From Nanobdellati archaeon (GTDB lineage Archaea > EX4484-52 > GLR71): DNA of 64,000 bases. Below, in pieces: positions 42,844 through 52,726 of this stretch; position 1 is the first letter of the stretch; the number at the start of each line of letters is the position of its first letter. A program made the position numbers and the translations under genes. The DNA is taken from positions 72,663-136,662 of the forward strand of contig JAHYJR010000001.1 of the NCBI GenBank assembly GCA_019429005.1, written 5' to 3'. The notes beneath the pieces were generated by a model that was not told the DNA's origin, did no database searches, and was given only the letters and a program-made list of their open reading frames with translations.

Positions 42844-45800
42844 TTGGTGATTATTTTGTCAGATTCTTCAAAAATACAAGGTCCTACTATTGATAAAGGT
42901 ACAAGGCTATATTTTGACACATTAAATAATCAGATTAAAGCAGCATATAGCGTTGCAGAAAAAGCAAGAGAGCAAGGTAAAGATCCCGAAAAAAAGATAG
43001 ATATACCTATTGCAGAAGATCTTGCAGCACGTGTTGAAGGTCTTGTTTCAATGATATTTCCAGATCTTATGGGTTCAGGTCTTGCAAATGGTATACGTAA
43101 ACTTGAAACCGAATTTGGAAAAAATGATGAGCAAGTAGCACTTTATATTTCTGAACAGGTTGCAAAAGACGAATTTTGTAAGTTTGAAAGTTTAGAGAAA
43201 TCTCTTGAAGCCGGAGTTCGTGTAGGCGTGGCTTATATCACTCTTGGTGTTGTTACAGCACCACTTGAAGGGATAACAGCAGTTAAGATAATTAATAATT
43301 ATGTTTCAATTTATTATTCCGGTCCAATAAGGAGTGCGGGCGGTACAGCAAGTGCAATGTCTGTTATAATTACAGATTATGTCAGACGTAAATTAGGTAT
43401 TGGTGATTATGTATCTGAAGATATTGAACGCAAACGTTATGCCGTTGAATTAGAAGATTATTATCGTCTTGTCGGTATGCAATATCATCCACAAGATAAG
43501 GAAGTTGAGATGATAATAAAAAATGTCAAGATTTGTCTTGATGGTGATCCTACAGAAAAATATGAAGTTTCAACCCATAAAGGTTTACCTCGTGTTGCTA
43601 CAGATAAAATACGTGGCGGTATGTGTCTTGTTGTTGGTGAAGGTCTTACGTTAAAAGCTCCAAAATTATTAAAACGTATAAAAAAGATTGGTAAAAAATT
43701 TGGTCTTGAAGACTGGTTATGGCTTGAGGATTATAATAAGCTTCAAAAAGATATACATTCAGTGAAATCTAAATCTGATGAAGATGATGGACCTAAAGCT
43801 AAATACACTCCATCTACAAAATATGTAGAAAAAGTGATTGCGGGAAGACCTGTAATTGCACATCCGGGAAAACCTGGTGGTTTTAGATTACGATATGGTA
43901 GATCAAGGACAGCGGGAATTGCAGCCACATCAATACATCCTGCAACTATGCATCTTACAGAGTTTATAGCTGTTGGAACACAACTTGCAACAGAGTATCC
44001 AGGAAAAGCAACAGTATGTACACCTGTGGATACTGTTGAAGGTCCCGTTGTACTTTTGAAATCTGGTGAAGTTAAAAATATTAATACACTTGAAGAAGTT
44101 AAAGCTGAAAGAAAGTATGTAAAGACAATATTATCTTTAGGAGATATCTTGATACCTTATGGTGAATTTGTAAGTCAAGGTAAAATACTTCTTCCTTCAG
44201 CCTATTGCGAAGAATGGTGGGCACTTGAAGCAAAAAAAGCAATTGAAGATGGAAAATCTTGTGAATCTATTGAACTGTTTACCGAAAAGCCATTTATTAA
44301 ACCAGATTTTAAAGTCGCATTAGATATTTCAAAAAAACTTAATATTCCTCTACATCCTGCATATAATTATTTTTGGCATGACTTAAAAAAAGAAGAGTTA
44401 AGCCGTTTAGTTGATATGGTTTCAAATGGAATGTATCTGAAAGGCATTCTAAAAATTAAAAATGAAAATATTAAAACCGTTTTAGAACATCTATGTATCC
44501 CTCATAAAGTTGACAGAACAAAAGAAGATTCAGAAATGATTGTATTTGAAGATGCTGTTGCAGATTGTTTATATACGATTCTTGGAGAACCATCTAAAGA
44601 CAACATAAAAAAACATATAAGTCTTATTGAAGCCGAATCTGATGTGATGAATGCTTTAAACAAATTGTCTCCAATAAAAATTAAAGAAAAAGGTTTAACT
44701 AGAATTGGCATGAAAATGGGTCGTCCCGAAAAAGCTGAAAGGCGTATTATGAAAGGAAGACCACATGTACTTTTTCCTTGTGGTGAAGAAGGCGGAAGAA
44801 TGCGTAATATTATGGAAGCTTATAAGGGTGGTGTAGTCAGTGCATTTCTTCCAACATTTCGTTGTCCAAAATGTAATAAGACTGTATCATTTAGTATTTG
44901 TAATTTTTGTGGTTCAAAGACACGAGAATATCGAGTTTGTAAAACCTGTTCACGTTCAACATCTGATAAAGAACATTGTGGTACACCAACATTACGTTAT
45001 AAAAGCATGAAAGTCGATATAAAAGAGCTTGTTGATGGTGCGGTTAAAAATATAGGTATGGCTGGACTTCCAGCACTTTTTAAGGGTGTGCGTGGTTTAT
45101 CTGGCAAAGAAAAAGATTTAGAATTATTGGAAAAAGGTTTACTTCGTGTTAAATATGAACTTTTTGTGAATAAGGATGGAACTACACGTTTTGATGCAAC
45201 TGATATGCCTATGACTCATTTTAAGCCTTACGAGATAAATGCACCTATTGAGTTATTAAAAAATATTGGTTATACTGAAGATGTTTATGGAAAACCGCTT
45301 GTATCTGATAATCAGATTCTTGAGCTTAAAGTTCAAGATATAATACTCTCTGACAATCCAGCTTTCTCTGGGGCAGACTATTTTATAAAAATCTGTCAAT
45401 TTGTGGATGAAGTTCTTGTCAAGATTTATGGTTTAACGCCATATTACAATGTATCAGTTAAAAATGATCTTATAGGGCTCCTTGTTATTGGTCTAGCACC
45501 ACATACTTCAGCAGGTATAGTAGGACGAATTATTGGTTTCACACCAGCGCGTGTTTGTTATGCACATCCATTTTGGCATTCTGCAAAAAGACGAAATTGT
45601 GATGGTGATGAAGATTCTATATTACTTTTAATGGATGCGCTTCTTAATTTCTCAAGGAAATTTTTACCAACTACACGTGGTGCGGCTACAATGGATGCAC
45701 CTCTTGTTTTGACAACAAATTTGAATCCTGAGGAAGTGGATGATGAAGCATGGAATGTTGATGTAGATGCAGATTACAATCTTAATTTTTATGAAGATAC

Positions 45801-46359
45801 TTTTGAATATAAACCACCTTGGGAGATTCGTGATAAAATAAAGCTCGTTAATGATTATATCGCAAAGCCTGAAGCATACCATAGCATGTTCACACATGAC
45901 ACTACAAATATTAATGATGGCCCTTACAGATCTAAATATGTTGTTTTGGAATCTATGTCTGAGAAAATTATGGCACAATTAGATCTTGCTGTAATGATAT
46001 CTGCTGTTAATGCTTCTGATGTTGCAGAACGTGTTTTAGAAAAGCATTTTCTTAAGGATATAAAAGGTAATTTGCGAACATTTTCAAAGCAAAAAGTACG
46101 TTGTTTGTCTTGTGCTTTTAAGTTTAGGAGGATGCCTCTTATTGGAAAATGTCCAATGTGTGAAGGTAAATTGCTTTTGACTGTTCATGAAGGTACTATA
46201 CGTAAATATGTAGAACCTGCTAAATATTTGATGGATCGGTTTATTATTACACCCTATTTGATGCAACAGTTTGCTTTTCTTGAATTTGAAATAGATTCGC
46301 TTTTTGGGAAAAAGGCGCGTCAGCTGAATCTTATTAGTTTTAATAAGTCAAAAGATTAA
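42844..46359 (+). CDS. polC: DNA polymerase D large subunit DP2
   Basis: GPIRSAGGT, GFRLRYGRSR, MGRPEK, KRRNCDGDED, Zn fingers, C-terminal QLNLISF PIP-like box; start may be TTG 42856 after GGTGA. Confidence 0.97.
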   Translation: MVIILSDSSKIQGPTIDKGTRLYFDTLNNQIKAAYSVAEKAREQGKDPEKKIDIPIAEDLAARVEGLVSMIFPDLMGSGLANGIRKLETEFGKNDEQVALYISEQVAKDEFCKFESLEKSLEAGVRVGVAYITLGVVTAPLEGITAVKIINNYVSIYYSGPIRSAGGTASAMSVIITDYVRRKLGIGDYVSEDIERKRYAVELEDYYRLVGMQYHPQDKEVEMIIKNVKICLDGDPTEKYEVSTHKGLPRVATDKIRGGMCLVVGEGLTLKAPKLLKRIKKIGKKFGLEDWLWLEDYNKLQKDIHSVKSKSDEDDGPKAKYTPSTKYVEKVIAGRPVIAHPGKPGGFRLRYGRSRTAGIAATSIHPATMHLTEFIAVGTQLATEYPGKATVCTPVDTVEGPVVLLKSGEVKNINTLEEVKAERKYVKTILSLGDILIPYGEFVSQGKILLPSAYCEEWWALEAKKAIEDGKSCESIELFTEKPFIKPDFKVALDISKKLNIPLHPAYNYFWHDLKKEELSRLVDMVSNGMYLKGILKIKNENIKTVLEHLCIPHKVDRTKEDSEMIVFEDAVADCLYTILGEPSKDNIKKHISLIEAESDVMNALNKLSPIKIKEKGLTRIGMKMGRPEKAERRIMKGRPHVLFPCGEEGGRMRNIMEAYKGGVVSAFLPTFRCPKCNKTVSFSICNFCGSKTREYRVCKTCSRSTSDKEHCGTPTLRYKSMKVDIKELVDGAVKNIGMAGLPALFKGVRGLSGKEKDLELLEKGLLRVKYELFVNKDGTTRFDATDMPMTHFKPYEINAPIELLKNIGYTEDVYGKPLVSDNQILELKVQDIILSDNPAFSGADYFIKICQFVDEVLVKIYGLTPYYNVSVKNDLIGLLVIGLAPHTSAGIVGRIIGFTPARVCYAHPFWHSAKRRNCDGDEDSILLLMDALLNFSRKFLPTTRGAATMDAPLVLTTNLNPEEVDDEAWNVDVDADYNLNFYEDTFEYKPPWEIRDKIKLVNDYIAKPEAYHSMFTHDTTNINDGPYRSKYVVLESMSEKIMAQLDLAVMISAVNASDVAERVLEKHFLKDIKGNLRTFSKQKVRCLSCAFKFRRMPLIGKCPMCEGKLLLTVHEGTIRKYVEPAKYLMDRFIITPYLMQQFAFLEFEIDSLFGKKARQLNLISFNKSKD

Positions 46360-46529
46360 ATTATATTAATTATTTTAAATTCAAAAATACTTTTTTTAAA
46401 TTTAAGTAACTTTATATTCGTCTAATAAAAGTCTATATTATCTTGCAGTTATCTTGTTTTTACTTTTCATATGAACAAGATGAACTATAAACCAAAAGTT
46501 TTATATACACTTTTTGTTTTTGTATATTC

Positions 46530-47040
46530 CACCTAATCATAGTTCCATAGGAACTTGTGGGGTCTGTGAAATTAACATTTTTTGTTTTTGTATATATAAT
46601 CATGTTTTTATACTCCTTTTCATACGAAATCAAGCATTTAATATTTTAAAAAGTGTTTTAAATGTGTTTTAAGCCCTTATTTTGCTTTATGAACTATCTA
46701 CCTAAAACTATATAAAGTGTTTCCATACGAAATGAAGGGGTCTGTGAATGTAACACCTTTTATTTTTTAAGTATCTCCATATGATTTAATGGGGTCTCTA
46801 TAAGAAACGAAGGTTAACTATTTTAAATTTCTGCCTCTTTTATACCTTAAACAGTAATATTTGATTGTGAAATACAAACCTATAACTATATAAGTAGTTC
46901 CATAGGAAATAGAGGGGTATGTGAAATTAACGTTTTTTTGTTTTCAAATTTAAAATCTAGTAAACATAGATATTTACATAGGAAATATAGCCCCCGTATA
47001 AATTACGAGCCGTTTTAAAGGAAATCAAGGGGTTATGAAC
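46530..47040 (+). repeat. Periodic array of ORB-like boxes (3 units of 177-178 bp)
   Basis: TTCCATA(G/C)GAA-N5-GGGGT(C/A)TGTGAA..TAAC at 46543, 46721, 46898; secondary boxes 75-76 bp after each; extra boxes at about 46775 and 47012. Confidence 0.8.
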
Positions 47041-47697
47041 TTAATATACTTCTTTTTTTAGTTCATGTAACAATGTGTTTATTTTATGTTCATTATTTTC
47101 TATTACATCGCCATGACCTGGAAGTAAAGTCTTAATTTTAATTGAAAGTAATTTTTCAATGCTATTTTTCATATCTTTTTTACTTCCACTTTCAAGGTCA
47201 ACTCGTCCATATGTTTCCGAAAAGATAGTATCTCCAGAGAACAAAATTTGTCTTTTTTCATCATATATACAGATAGACCCATCCGTATGTCCTGGTGTAT
47301 TAATTATTGTGAACTTCACATCACCAATACGTATTGAATCATTATCATGTAATTTTAACGAAATTTTTTGTTTTTTTGCTTCTTTTCCAAACATAAACGC
47401 ACCTGTTTTGAGACTATCTCCACTTTCAATACAAAATGCATCTTTTTCATGTATAAGTATTTTGGCATTTGTGAACAACACGTTTGCTGATGTATGATCA
47501 TGGTGGCAGTGTGTATTTATTATAGTTTTTATATTTTCAGGTTCAATTCCAACAGATTTAATACATTTTATTAGTCTTTCTTTATGTAAACATAATCCTG
47601 TATCGATGAGTGTATCATTATTTATTAGATATATATTGGGTTCCATACTGCCTGCATGAATGTATATTATATCTTTTGCAATTTTTTTAATTTTCAT
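47041..47697 (-). CDS. MBL-fold hydrolase (glyoxalase II-like)
   Basis: LIDTG, THCHHDH, TPGHT, FSGDT, LPGHG. Confidence 0.9.
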   Translation of the reverse strand: MKIKKIAKDIIYIHAGSMEPNIYLINNDTLIDTGLCLHKERLIKCIKSVGIEPENIKTIINTHCHHDHTSANVLFTNAKILIHEKDAFCIESGDSLKTGAFMFGKEAKKQKISLKLHDNDSIRIGDVKFTIINTPGHTDGSICIYDEKRQILFSGDTIFSETYGRVDLESGSKKDMKNSIEKLLSIKIKTLLPGHGDVIENNEHKINTLLHELKKEVY

Positions 47698-47760
47698 TTT
47701 AGCACCCAGATAACATTTTTTTTATATTTTTCATTAAAAAAGCAATTATAATTATTACTG

Positions 47761-47867
47761 TATTAATTACGTTATTAATTACATTATTAATTACATTATT
47801 AATTACATTATTAATTACATTATTAATTACGTTATTAATTACGTTATTAATTACGTTATTAATTACA
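47761..47867. repeat. 12-bp tandem repeat, about 9 copies
   Basis: Unit TATTAATTAC(G/A)T. Confidence 0.93.
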
Positions 47868-48042
47868 AGTTACATTAAGTTATTAATTATCTTTTTGATT
47901 ATTTTGTTGATTCTCTTTTTGATAATCATATTAATTATCTTATTTATTACACGTTACCTTTCTTATTTGGTTTTATTAAAATAAAAATGTATTTTTACTT
48001 TTTCAACGAAAACTTTAAATACTTTGGTGTACTATTACTAAT

Positions 48043-48192
48043 ATGTATAAAACACTAAAAGTTACTAAACGTATACATACAAAGCTTTTATGTTTTATAT
48101 CTCAATTACAGCTCGATACGGGAGAAAGAGTAACAATGGATCATGCAATATCTATCTTGCTTAACAACAAATGTAAAGACAGCAAGAAGTAA
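48043..48192 (+). CDS. Small protein, ribbon-helix-helix-like
   Basis: Manual ORF MYKTLKVTKRIHTKLLCFISQLQLDTGERVTMDHAISILLNNKCKDSKK; TTTAAA box about 25 bp upstream. Confidence 0.55.
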   Translation: MYKTLKVTKRIHTKLLCFISQLQLDTGERVTMDHAISILLNNKCKDSKK

Positions 48193-48300
48193 CTGGTACT
48201 TTATGTGTAATCTATACTGTTTAATTTCTTTGAACTTATCTTGATTCTTTTGTAGTCTAAATTATAATTACTAGTATTAAAAATACGAATGGTGATACTT

Positions 48301-48453
48301 ATGGATATGAATAAAATTAAAGAAATGATACAGATAGCAAAACAGAAAAATAATTTTAATGAACTTATGCGTCTTCAGAAAATTAAGGCTTTAAATAGTC
48401 CCGAATATGTAGCGCCATTTACACATAATGGTTTTATGGGAACTAAAAGATAG
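48301..48453 (+). CDS. Small hypothetical protein (50 aa)
   Basis: Manual ORF MDMNKIKEMIQIAKQKNNFNELMRLQKIKALNSPEYVAPFTHNGFMGTKR with GGTGA SD. Confidence 0.5.
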   Translation: MDMNKIKEMIQIAKQKNNFNELMRLQKIKALNSPEYVAPFTHNGFMGTKR

Positions 48454-48509
48454 TGAAAGCTTTATAAATATAACACCGTTATAATATAATAATAATAATT
48501 GGTGTTTAT

Positions 48510-49721
48510 ATGATCTATCTTGACAATGCTGCTACGACACAGATTTCAGATGATGTAATCAAAGCGATGGTTCCGTATTTTTCAGAAAAGTTTGGAAATC
48601 CCTCGTCAATATATTCTTTTGGTTCTAATGTGAATAAGGTTATTGAAGAATCACGAAATATAATAGCACAGATAATTGGTGCAAATCCTAAAGAGATTAT
48701 TTTTACATCAGGCGGAACCGAATCAAATAATCTTGCAATTATTGGTATTGCACAAGAGATACACAAAAAAGATTCCAAAAAGAATCATATTATTACAACG
48801 AAAATAGAGCATCCTTCAGTTCTTAACACATTTAAACATCTTGAATCTATTGGTTTTTCTGTAGATTATCTTGATGTTGATAGTGATGGTGTAGTTGATG
48901 TTGAACAACTTAAGGATCTAGTTACTGAAAACACAATTTTTGTAAGTGTGATGCATGCAAATAATGAAATTGGTACAATTGAACCTATAGAAAAAATTGG
49001 TTCATTTTTAGCATCTTTAAAGCATCGAGTTTATTTTCATGTTGACGCAGTTCAGACTTATACAAAAGTCCCTATTGATGTAAAAAAGGCCAATATAGAT
49101 CTATTAAGTATAAGTTCACATAAGATTCACGGTCCAAAAGGTGTGGGTGCATTATTTGTAAAAAAAGGTGTTTCTCTAAAACCGTTAATGTTTGGTGGCC
49201 CTCAAGAACGTTCAATGCGCCCAGGTACAGAAAATGTATCGGGTATTTTAGGTTTTTCAAAAGCATCAGAGATTGCATTTAAAGACATGGAAAAAAATAA
49301 TAAGCACATGATTAGTTTACGCAATAAGCTTATTGACAGCATCGAAAAAAACATATCTGATGTGATACTTAATGGTGCAAAAGGCGATATGCGTCTTTCA
49401 AACAACGTGAATATATCATTTAAGTATGTTGAAGGCGAATCATTGCTTTTATATCTTGAGATGGAAGACATTTTTGTGTCTACAGCGTCAGCATGTTCAT
49501 CCAAAAAACTTGAGCCTAGCCATGTTCTCCTTGCAATTGGTCGACCGCATGAATTTGCACATGGAGCAATACGATTCACGTTAAGTAAATATACAACAAC
49601 AGAAGAAATTTCAAAGCTTCTTGATATCCTTCCACCTATTGTAAAAAAATTAAGAGATATGAGTTCAATTGATAAAGATACAGATATGACTAAATTTAAG
49701 GAGACTGATGAACATGTATAG
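48510..49721 (+). CDS. iscS: Cysteine desulfurase IscS/NifS
   Basis: YLDNAATT, TSGGTES, SSHKIHGPKG, STASACSS. Confidence 0.96.
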   Translation: MIYLDNAATTQISDDVIKAMVPYFSEKFGNPSSIYSFGSNVNKVIEESRNIIAQIIGANPKEIIFTSGGTESNNLAIIGIAQEIHKKDSKKNHIITTKIEHPSVLNTFKHLESIGFSVDYLDVDSDGVVDVEQLKDLVTENTIFVSVMHANNEIGTIEPIEKIGSFLASLKHRVYFHVDAVQTYTKVPIDVKKANIDLLSISSHKIHGPKGVGALFVKKGVSLKPLMFGGPQERSMRPGTENVSGILGFSKASEIAFKDMEKNNKHMISLRNKLIDSIEKNISDVILNGAKGDMRLSNNVNISFKYVEGESLLLYLEMEDIFVSTASACSSKKLEPSHVLLAIGRPHEFAHGAIRFTLSKYTTTEEISKLLDILPPIVKKLRDMSSIDKDTDMTKFKETDEHV

Positions 49722-50088
49722 TGAAAAAGTTATGGATCATTTTAAGAATCCTCGAAATGTTGGTGAATTGAAAGATGCAGATGGTGTGGGTACTGTTGGA
49801 AATCCAATCTGTGGGGATGTTATGACAATCTACATAAAAGTGAAAGATAATATAATTTCAGATGTTAAATTTAAGACCTTTGGTTGCGCTGCAGCAATAG
49901 CAACATCATCTATAATGACAGAGATTGCAAAAGGTAAAACTCTTGAAGAAGCCGAAAAGATAACAAAAGCTGATGTCGCATCAAATCTTGATGGTTTACC
50001 ACCTCAAAAGATGCATTGTTCAAATTTATCGTCAGATGCATTACATCTTGCAATAGAAAACTATCGAAAAACTAAAGAAAAGAAATAG
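49708..50088 (+). CDS. iscU: Fe-S scaffold IscU/NifU
   Basis: NPRNVG, CGD, FGCAAAIA, LPPQKMHCS. Confidence 0.96.
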   Translation: MNMYSEKVMDHFKNPRNVGELKDADGVGTVGNPICGDVMTIYIKVKDNIISDVKFKTFGCAAAIATSSIMTEIAKGKTLEEAEKITKADVASNLDGLPPQKMHCSNLSSDALHLAIENYRKTKEKK

Positions 50089-50117
50089 TATAATAAAGAT
50101 TAGGGTTAAATTCAATA

Positions 50118-50180
50118 TGTGGCTATGATTACTACCGCCCAGAATGATTTCATGATTACAGGAGTAGCTGATGAGCCACA
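50118..50180 (+). ncRNA. Box C/D-like (K-turn) sRNA candidate
   Basis: Terminal stem TGTGGCT/AGCCACA enclosing ATGATTA...CAGA-ATGATT...ATGATTA...CTGA. Confidence 0.4.
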
Positions 50181-51236
50181 CTAATCAACTTCTTTACCAC
50201 GTTTGTCAAGTGGTGTCAATTCCATATCAAAAGAATCTGAGGTTGGCATCTCAAGAACAACTGCTGCATTGAATCCACGTCTTGCCGCAAGTCGTGCATT
50301 ACCAATAGTTGTTTCAATCCGATTATTTTTGATATCAAACCAATCTTTTTTAAGTCCAAGTTTTTTAGTAATCATTTCTAAATCTCCAGTAATCACACCT
50401 TTTCTAATTAATCCTGTTTTTGTTACACTTTCAAATTGTTTGCATATCATTTTTGCACGTCTTTTAAGTCTTAACCAATACTGATAATCATATTTTGTTG
50501 ATGCACTACAGTAATGCACTTTAAGCGTTTTTATATTATCAAGACACCATTTAAGCACATATTCAGCCGCGTCTTCACTACCTTTTACTGCATAAAAATC
50601 ATTGTCTTTAAGTTCAAAACCTTTTTTTTCAAGATATTTAGAATTTGTATCTGAAAATTCAAGCTCATTTAAGTTTAAAAATGAAACACCTATTTTTTCA
50701 GCCTTTTTAATCATATCTGTAGTTGTTTTTTCATTTCCTGGTATGATAGGTATTTCAATACCTGTTTCAAGTCCAACATCTACTGCATTTTTAATTGCAG
50801 AAAAATCGCCTACATGATGAAATCTCAATTCATCAAGTCCTGCCAGTTTAAGGTCTTTAAGTACTTGTATATCAATTTGTTCTAGACCTGTATACATATG
50901 TATGTGGAATCTATTACCATACCTTTTTTTAAGTATAGTTATGTATTGTATGACTTTATATGCCTTTAAGAGTGGTTCTCCTCCAGTTATTCCAATACCT
51001 TTTGATTTACAGTAATCAATCTCTTCGAATATATCATCTGTTTTATCTATAGGTTTCTCGTTTATCCACATATTTTCAGTATTTTTACGTTGTTCTGAAA
51101 GTGGACAATAATAGCATGTTTTGTTGCAGATTCCTGTAACAAAAAGAACTGATTTTTTCCCATCTATACATAATATACAACCCTTTGGCATATTGTTTAT
51201 GTATTTTGAATTCGCTTTACTATCTTCAATTTTCAT
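50181..51236 (-). CDS. Radical SAM protein (uncharacterised archaeal family)
   Basis: GCILC, CNKTCYYCPLS, ITGGEP, LDELRFH, NLNELEFS. Confidence 0.9.
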   Translation of the reverse strand: MKIEDSKANSKYINNMPKGCILCIDGKKSVLFVTGICNKTCYYCPLSEQRKNTENMWINEKPIDKTDDIFEEIDYCKSKGIGITGGEPLLKAYKVIQYITILKKRYGNRFHIHMYTGLEQIDIQVLKDLKLAGLDELRFHHVGDFSAIKNAVDVGLETGIEIPIIPGNEKTTTDMIKKAEKIGVSFLNLNELEFSDTNSKYLEKKGFELKDNDFYAVKGSEDAAEYVLKWCLDNIKTLKVHYCSASTKYDYQYWLRLKRRAKMICKQFESVTKTGLIRKGVITGDLEMITKKLGLKKDWFDIKNNRIETTIGNARLAARRGFNAAVVLEMPTSDSFDMELTPLDKRGKEVD

Positions 51237-51648
51237 GTAAATGACCTTTAAAATTCAACAATTGACGTATTTTTGTTCTGATACAGTGTTTAAATCATAT
51301 AGTTTTATATAAGTAATTATTCCTTTTATTAATTGGTATAAATGTCATTAATAAATAACATAACAAAAATATTTAATCTTAATATATTAGTCATAGTTAT
51401 CATTCATAGTCTCTACAAAACATCAGTATCATATAAAAGATGTTAACGTTGGGATGATTTTTTTTACGAGGACCGACATTCTTTTTTTAATTTAAATATA
51501 TTTTGATTCCTTTTTGAATCATTTTTACGTTTTTTGTAAATACGGAAACGTTTTTAAAAATTATTTAGGTGTTGTAAATTTTTATTTATTTTTACTCACC
51601 TAATCCAGGTCAATATTTAATAAAAATATAATTAATGGTGGTATTATT

Positions 51649-51804
51649 ATGAAAGTACAAGTGATTTGTTCAAAATGTAGTTCTCAAACAACATGGGTTT
51701 GGGGTAATCAGGTAGGTCGTTGTGAAAATTGTGACACTTTATTAAATATTAGTGAAGTTTGTTTATCAAAAGAAGCAACAGCAAAAATACTTCCAGCAGC
51801 ATGA
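51649..51804 (+). CDS. Small Zn-ribbon protein (51 aa)
   Basis: Manual ORF MKVQVICSKC...RCENCDTLL...; GGTGG SD. Confidence 0.7.
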   Translation: MKVQVICSKCSSQTTWVWGNQVGRCENCDTLLNISEVCLSKEATAKILPAA

Positions 51805-52063
51805 GTTTTCCGTAAAATCATTTGATTTATACGCGAATTCTCTTGTTTATTTTTGCCTCTATTTTGATAGGTCGTGTTATCTCAATTTAGGTCGTCATTA
51901 ATTAAATTAAGTATATGTTCTATATTTAGTACATATTGTATCTTATTGATATGATATTAGGATTATAGATATGATATTTAAAAAATTAACTTATAATTAT
52001 AAACATATATAATCTATTAGACAAATATACAATATTGTAATTAAAGTATGTATAACTTATTTT

Positions 52064-52720
52064 GTGTTATTTATGGATGTCTTAATTGGAACTGATGCAA
52101 AAAAACTTATATCAAAAGCCGGTTTGAAAGTTGCAAAGAGCTATCTTGCAAAAGATAATACTCAAGCCATATATTTTTCAAAAAAGATAGGTTATCCTGT
52201 TGTAATGAAAATATCATCAAAAGATATAATTCATAAAACCGAAGCAAAAGGTGTAAAAACAGATATAATGTCTGAAGATGACGCATCAAGAGCGTATGAT
52301 AATATTATTGATAACGCGTATGGTTTTAAGAAAGACGCAATTATTGATGGCGTTATGATTGAAGAGCAGGTATCTGGATATGAACTTATAATTGGCGCAA
52401 AACGAGATATGCAGTTTGGTCCTGTTGTCATGTTCGGTTTTGGTGGAATTTTTGTTGAAACTTTTAAAGATGTTACTTTTAGGGTTGTTCCTTTAGATAC
52501 AGATGATGCTTATGCTATGATGAAAGAGACTAAAGCATTCAAAATTCTAGAAGGTGTACGTGGTAAAAAGCCAGCAAACATAAAAGCGATTGCATATGTA
52601 TTAATGAAAGTTTCAAAACTTATGGAACAAAATGCAGATATTTTAGAATTAGATATAAATCCTTTAATCGTTGACGAAAATAAAGCGATTGTAGCAGATA
52701 TTCGTATTGTTAAACAATAA
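52064..52720 (+). CDS. acdB: Acetyl-CoA synthetase (ADP-forming) beta subunit (ATP-grasp)
   Basis: GYPVVMK, HKTEAKGV, FGPVVMFGFGG, ELDINP. Confidence 0.92.
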   Translation: MLFMDVLIGTDAKKLISKAGLKVAKSYLAKDNTQAIYFSKKIGYPVVMKISSKDIIHKTEAKGVKTDIMSEDDASRAYDNIIDNAYGFKKDAIIDGVMIEEQVSGYELIIGAKRDMQFGPVVMFGFGGIFVETFKDVTFRVVPLDTDDAYAMMKETKAFKILEGVRGKKPANIKAIAYVLMKVSKLMEQNADILELDINPLIVDENKAIVADIRIVKQ

Positions 52721-52726
52721 TATTTA

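Noticed and set aside
42844-46359. Inteins in DP2 (also checked RadA, Cdc6, TopA, Cdc48)
   Set aside because: Lengths are normal, motifs such as KRRNCDGDED are contiguous, and no intein termini or LAGLIDADG blocks were seen.
46530-47040. CRISPR array (repeats begin GTTCCA/GTTTCC)
   Set aside because: The period of 177-178 bp is far too long, the repeats are degenerate, no cas genes are in the window, and the motif matches ORBs better.
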